Of a stretch of 55,848 nucleotides of DNA, positions 55,398-55,848 are shown one piece after another (position 1 is the first letter of the stretch; every line of letters begins with the position of its first letter). The stretch covers positions 1 through 55,848 of IMG/VR virus record IMGVR_UViG_3300049020_000013; one strand, given 5' to 3'. The DNA comes from a virus (Duplodnaviria > Caudoviricetes). The position numbers and the translations under genes are program-made. The notes under the pieces are model-generated. The model saw nothing but the letters and a program-made list of their open reading frames with translations, did not search any database and had not been told where the DNA came from.

Positions 55398-55848
55398 ATG
55401 GCTGGTGGCATCGACTGGTTCCGCTGGCATCACGGCAGCGTCAACGACCCCAAGTTTCAACTTGTGGCGAAGAAGGCTGGCGCGTCGGTGGCGGAGGTGC
55501 TCGCGGTGTGGGCGTGCCTGCTTGAGGCCGCAAGCTCATCAGACGAGCGCGGAGACCCCGGGGAACCAGACTTCGAGGCCATCGATTGCGCCATGGGCTT
55601 GCAGGACGGCAGGTCATCGGCGATCTACCAGCACATGTGCGAGCGCGGGCTCATTTCCGAGGATGGCCGCATCGCTTCATGGGAGAAGCGCCAGCCCAAG
55701 CGTGAGCGAGAAGACGACAACAGCACTGAGCGTTCCAGGGCGTTTCGTGAGCGGCAACGCCATGCAACGCCATGCAACGCCAATGACGGCACGGAAACGC
55801 CTAGAGAAGAGAAGAGAAGAGAAGAGAAGAAGAAAGACATACCGCGCG
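55398..55848 (+). CDS. Replication initiator (O-like), N-terminal part; continues at 1-408 (about 243 aa in total)
   Basis: ATG at 55398 gives MAGGIDWFRWHHGSVNDPKF..., in frame with ORF 127..408; lies upstream of the helicase. Confidence 0.8.
   Translation, partial: MAGGIDWFRWHHGSVNDPKFQLVAKKAGASVAEVLAVWACLLEAASSSDERGDPGEPDFEAIDCAMGLQDGRSSAIYQHMCERGLISEDGRIASWEKRQPKREREDDNSTERSRAFRERQRHATPCNANDGTETPREEKRREEKKKDIPR
55722..55848. repeat. Terminal direct repeat, copy 2 (assembly overlap)
   Basis: Identical to 1-127; the initiator ORF stays in frame across the junction. Confidence 0.97.

Larger units (their letters stand above)
1..55848. mobile_element. Complete temperate phage genome (circular assembly, ~55,721 bp unique): lambdoid early region plus T7/BPP-1-like podovirus structural module
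   Basis: Terminase, portal, capsid, tail tube, ejection proteins, tailspike, endolysin, integrase and cI/cro are all present; the ends overlap by 127 bp; no host chromosomal genes are seen. Confidence 0.96.

Overview
The window is a complete, circularly assembled temperate phage genome of about 55.7 kb. Bases 1-127 are identical to 55722-55848, and the replication-initiator ORF reads through that junction. It is GC-rich, and the host is probably a betaproteobacterium (inference). It combines lambdoid early control (cI/cro with five 15-bp operators, Sak4/SSB/Gp157/Ref/NinB recombination, initiator plus DnaB-like helicase, tyrosine integrase) with a T7/BPP-1-like podovirus virion module. Main finding: a tightly coupled pseudaminic-acid-type sugar operon (pseB, pseC, pseF, methylase, PseA/WbuX amidotransferase, HisF-like, GNAT, pseI) sits just before terS. 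Between terS and terL lies a cassette of very Ser/Thr-rich putative virion proteins ending in a CstII/Maf-like transferase candidate. Together these suggest the phage glycosylates its own virion with a modified nonulosonic acid. Other notable items: an attP core encoding the MutS motif HTPVMQQY with a replacement N-terminus, a ~370-nt structured ncRNA candidate, an ejection protein carrying lytic transglycosylase and ADP-ribosyltransferase-like domains, and several counter-oriented moron genes. All family assignments come from motif recognition by eye, not from database searches.
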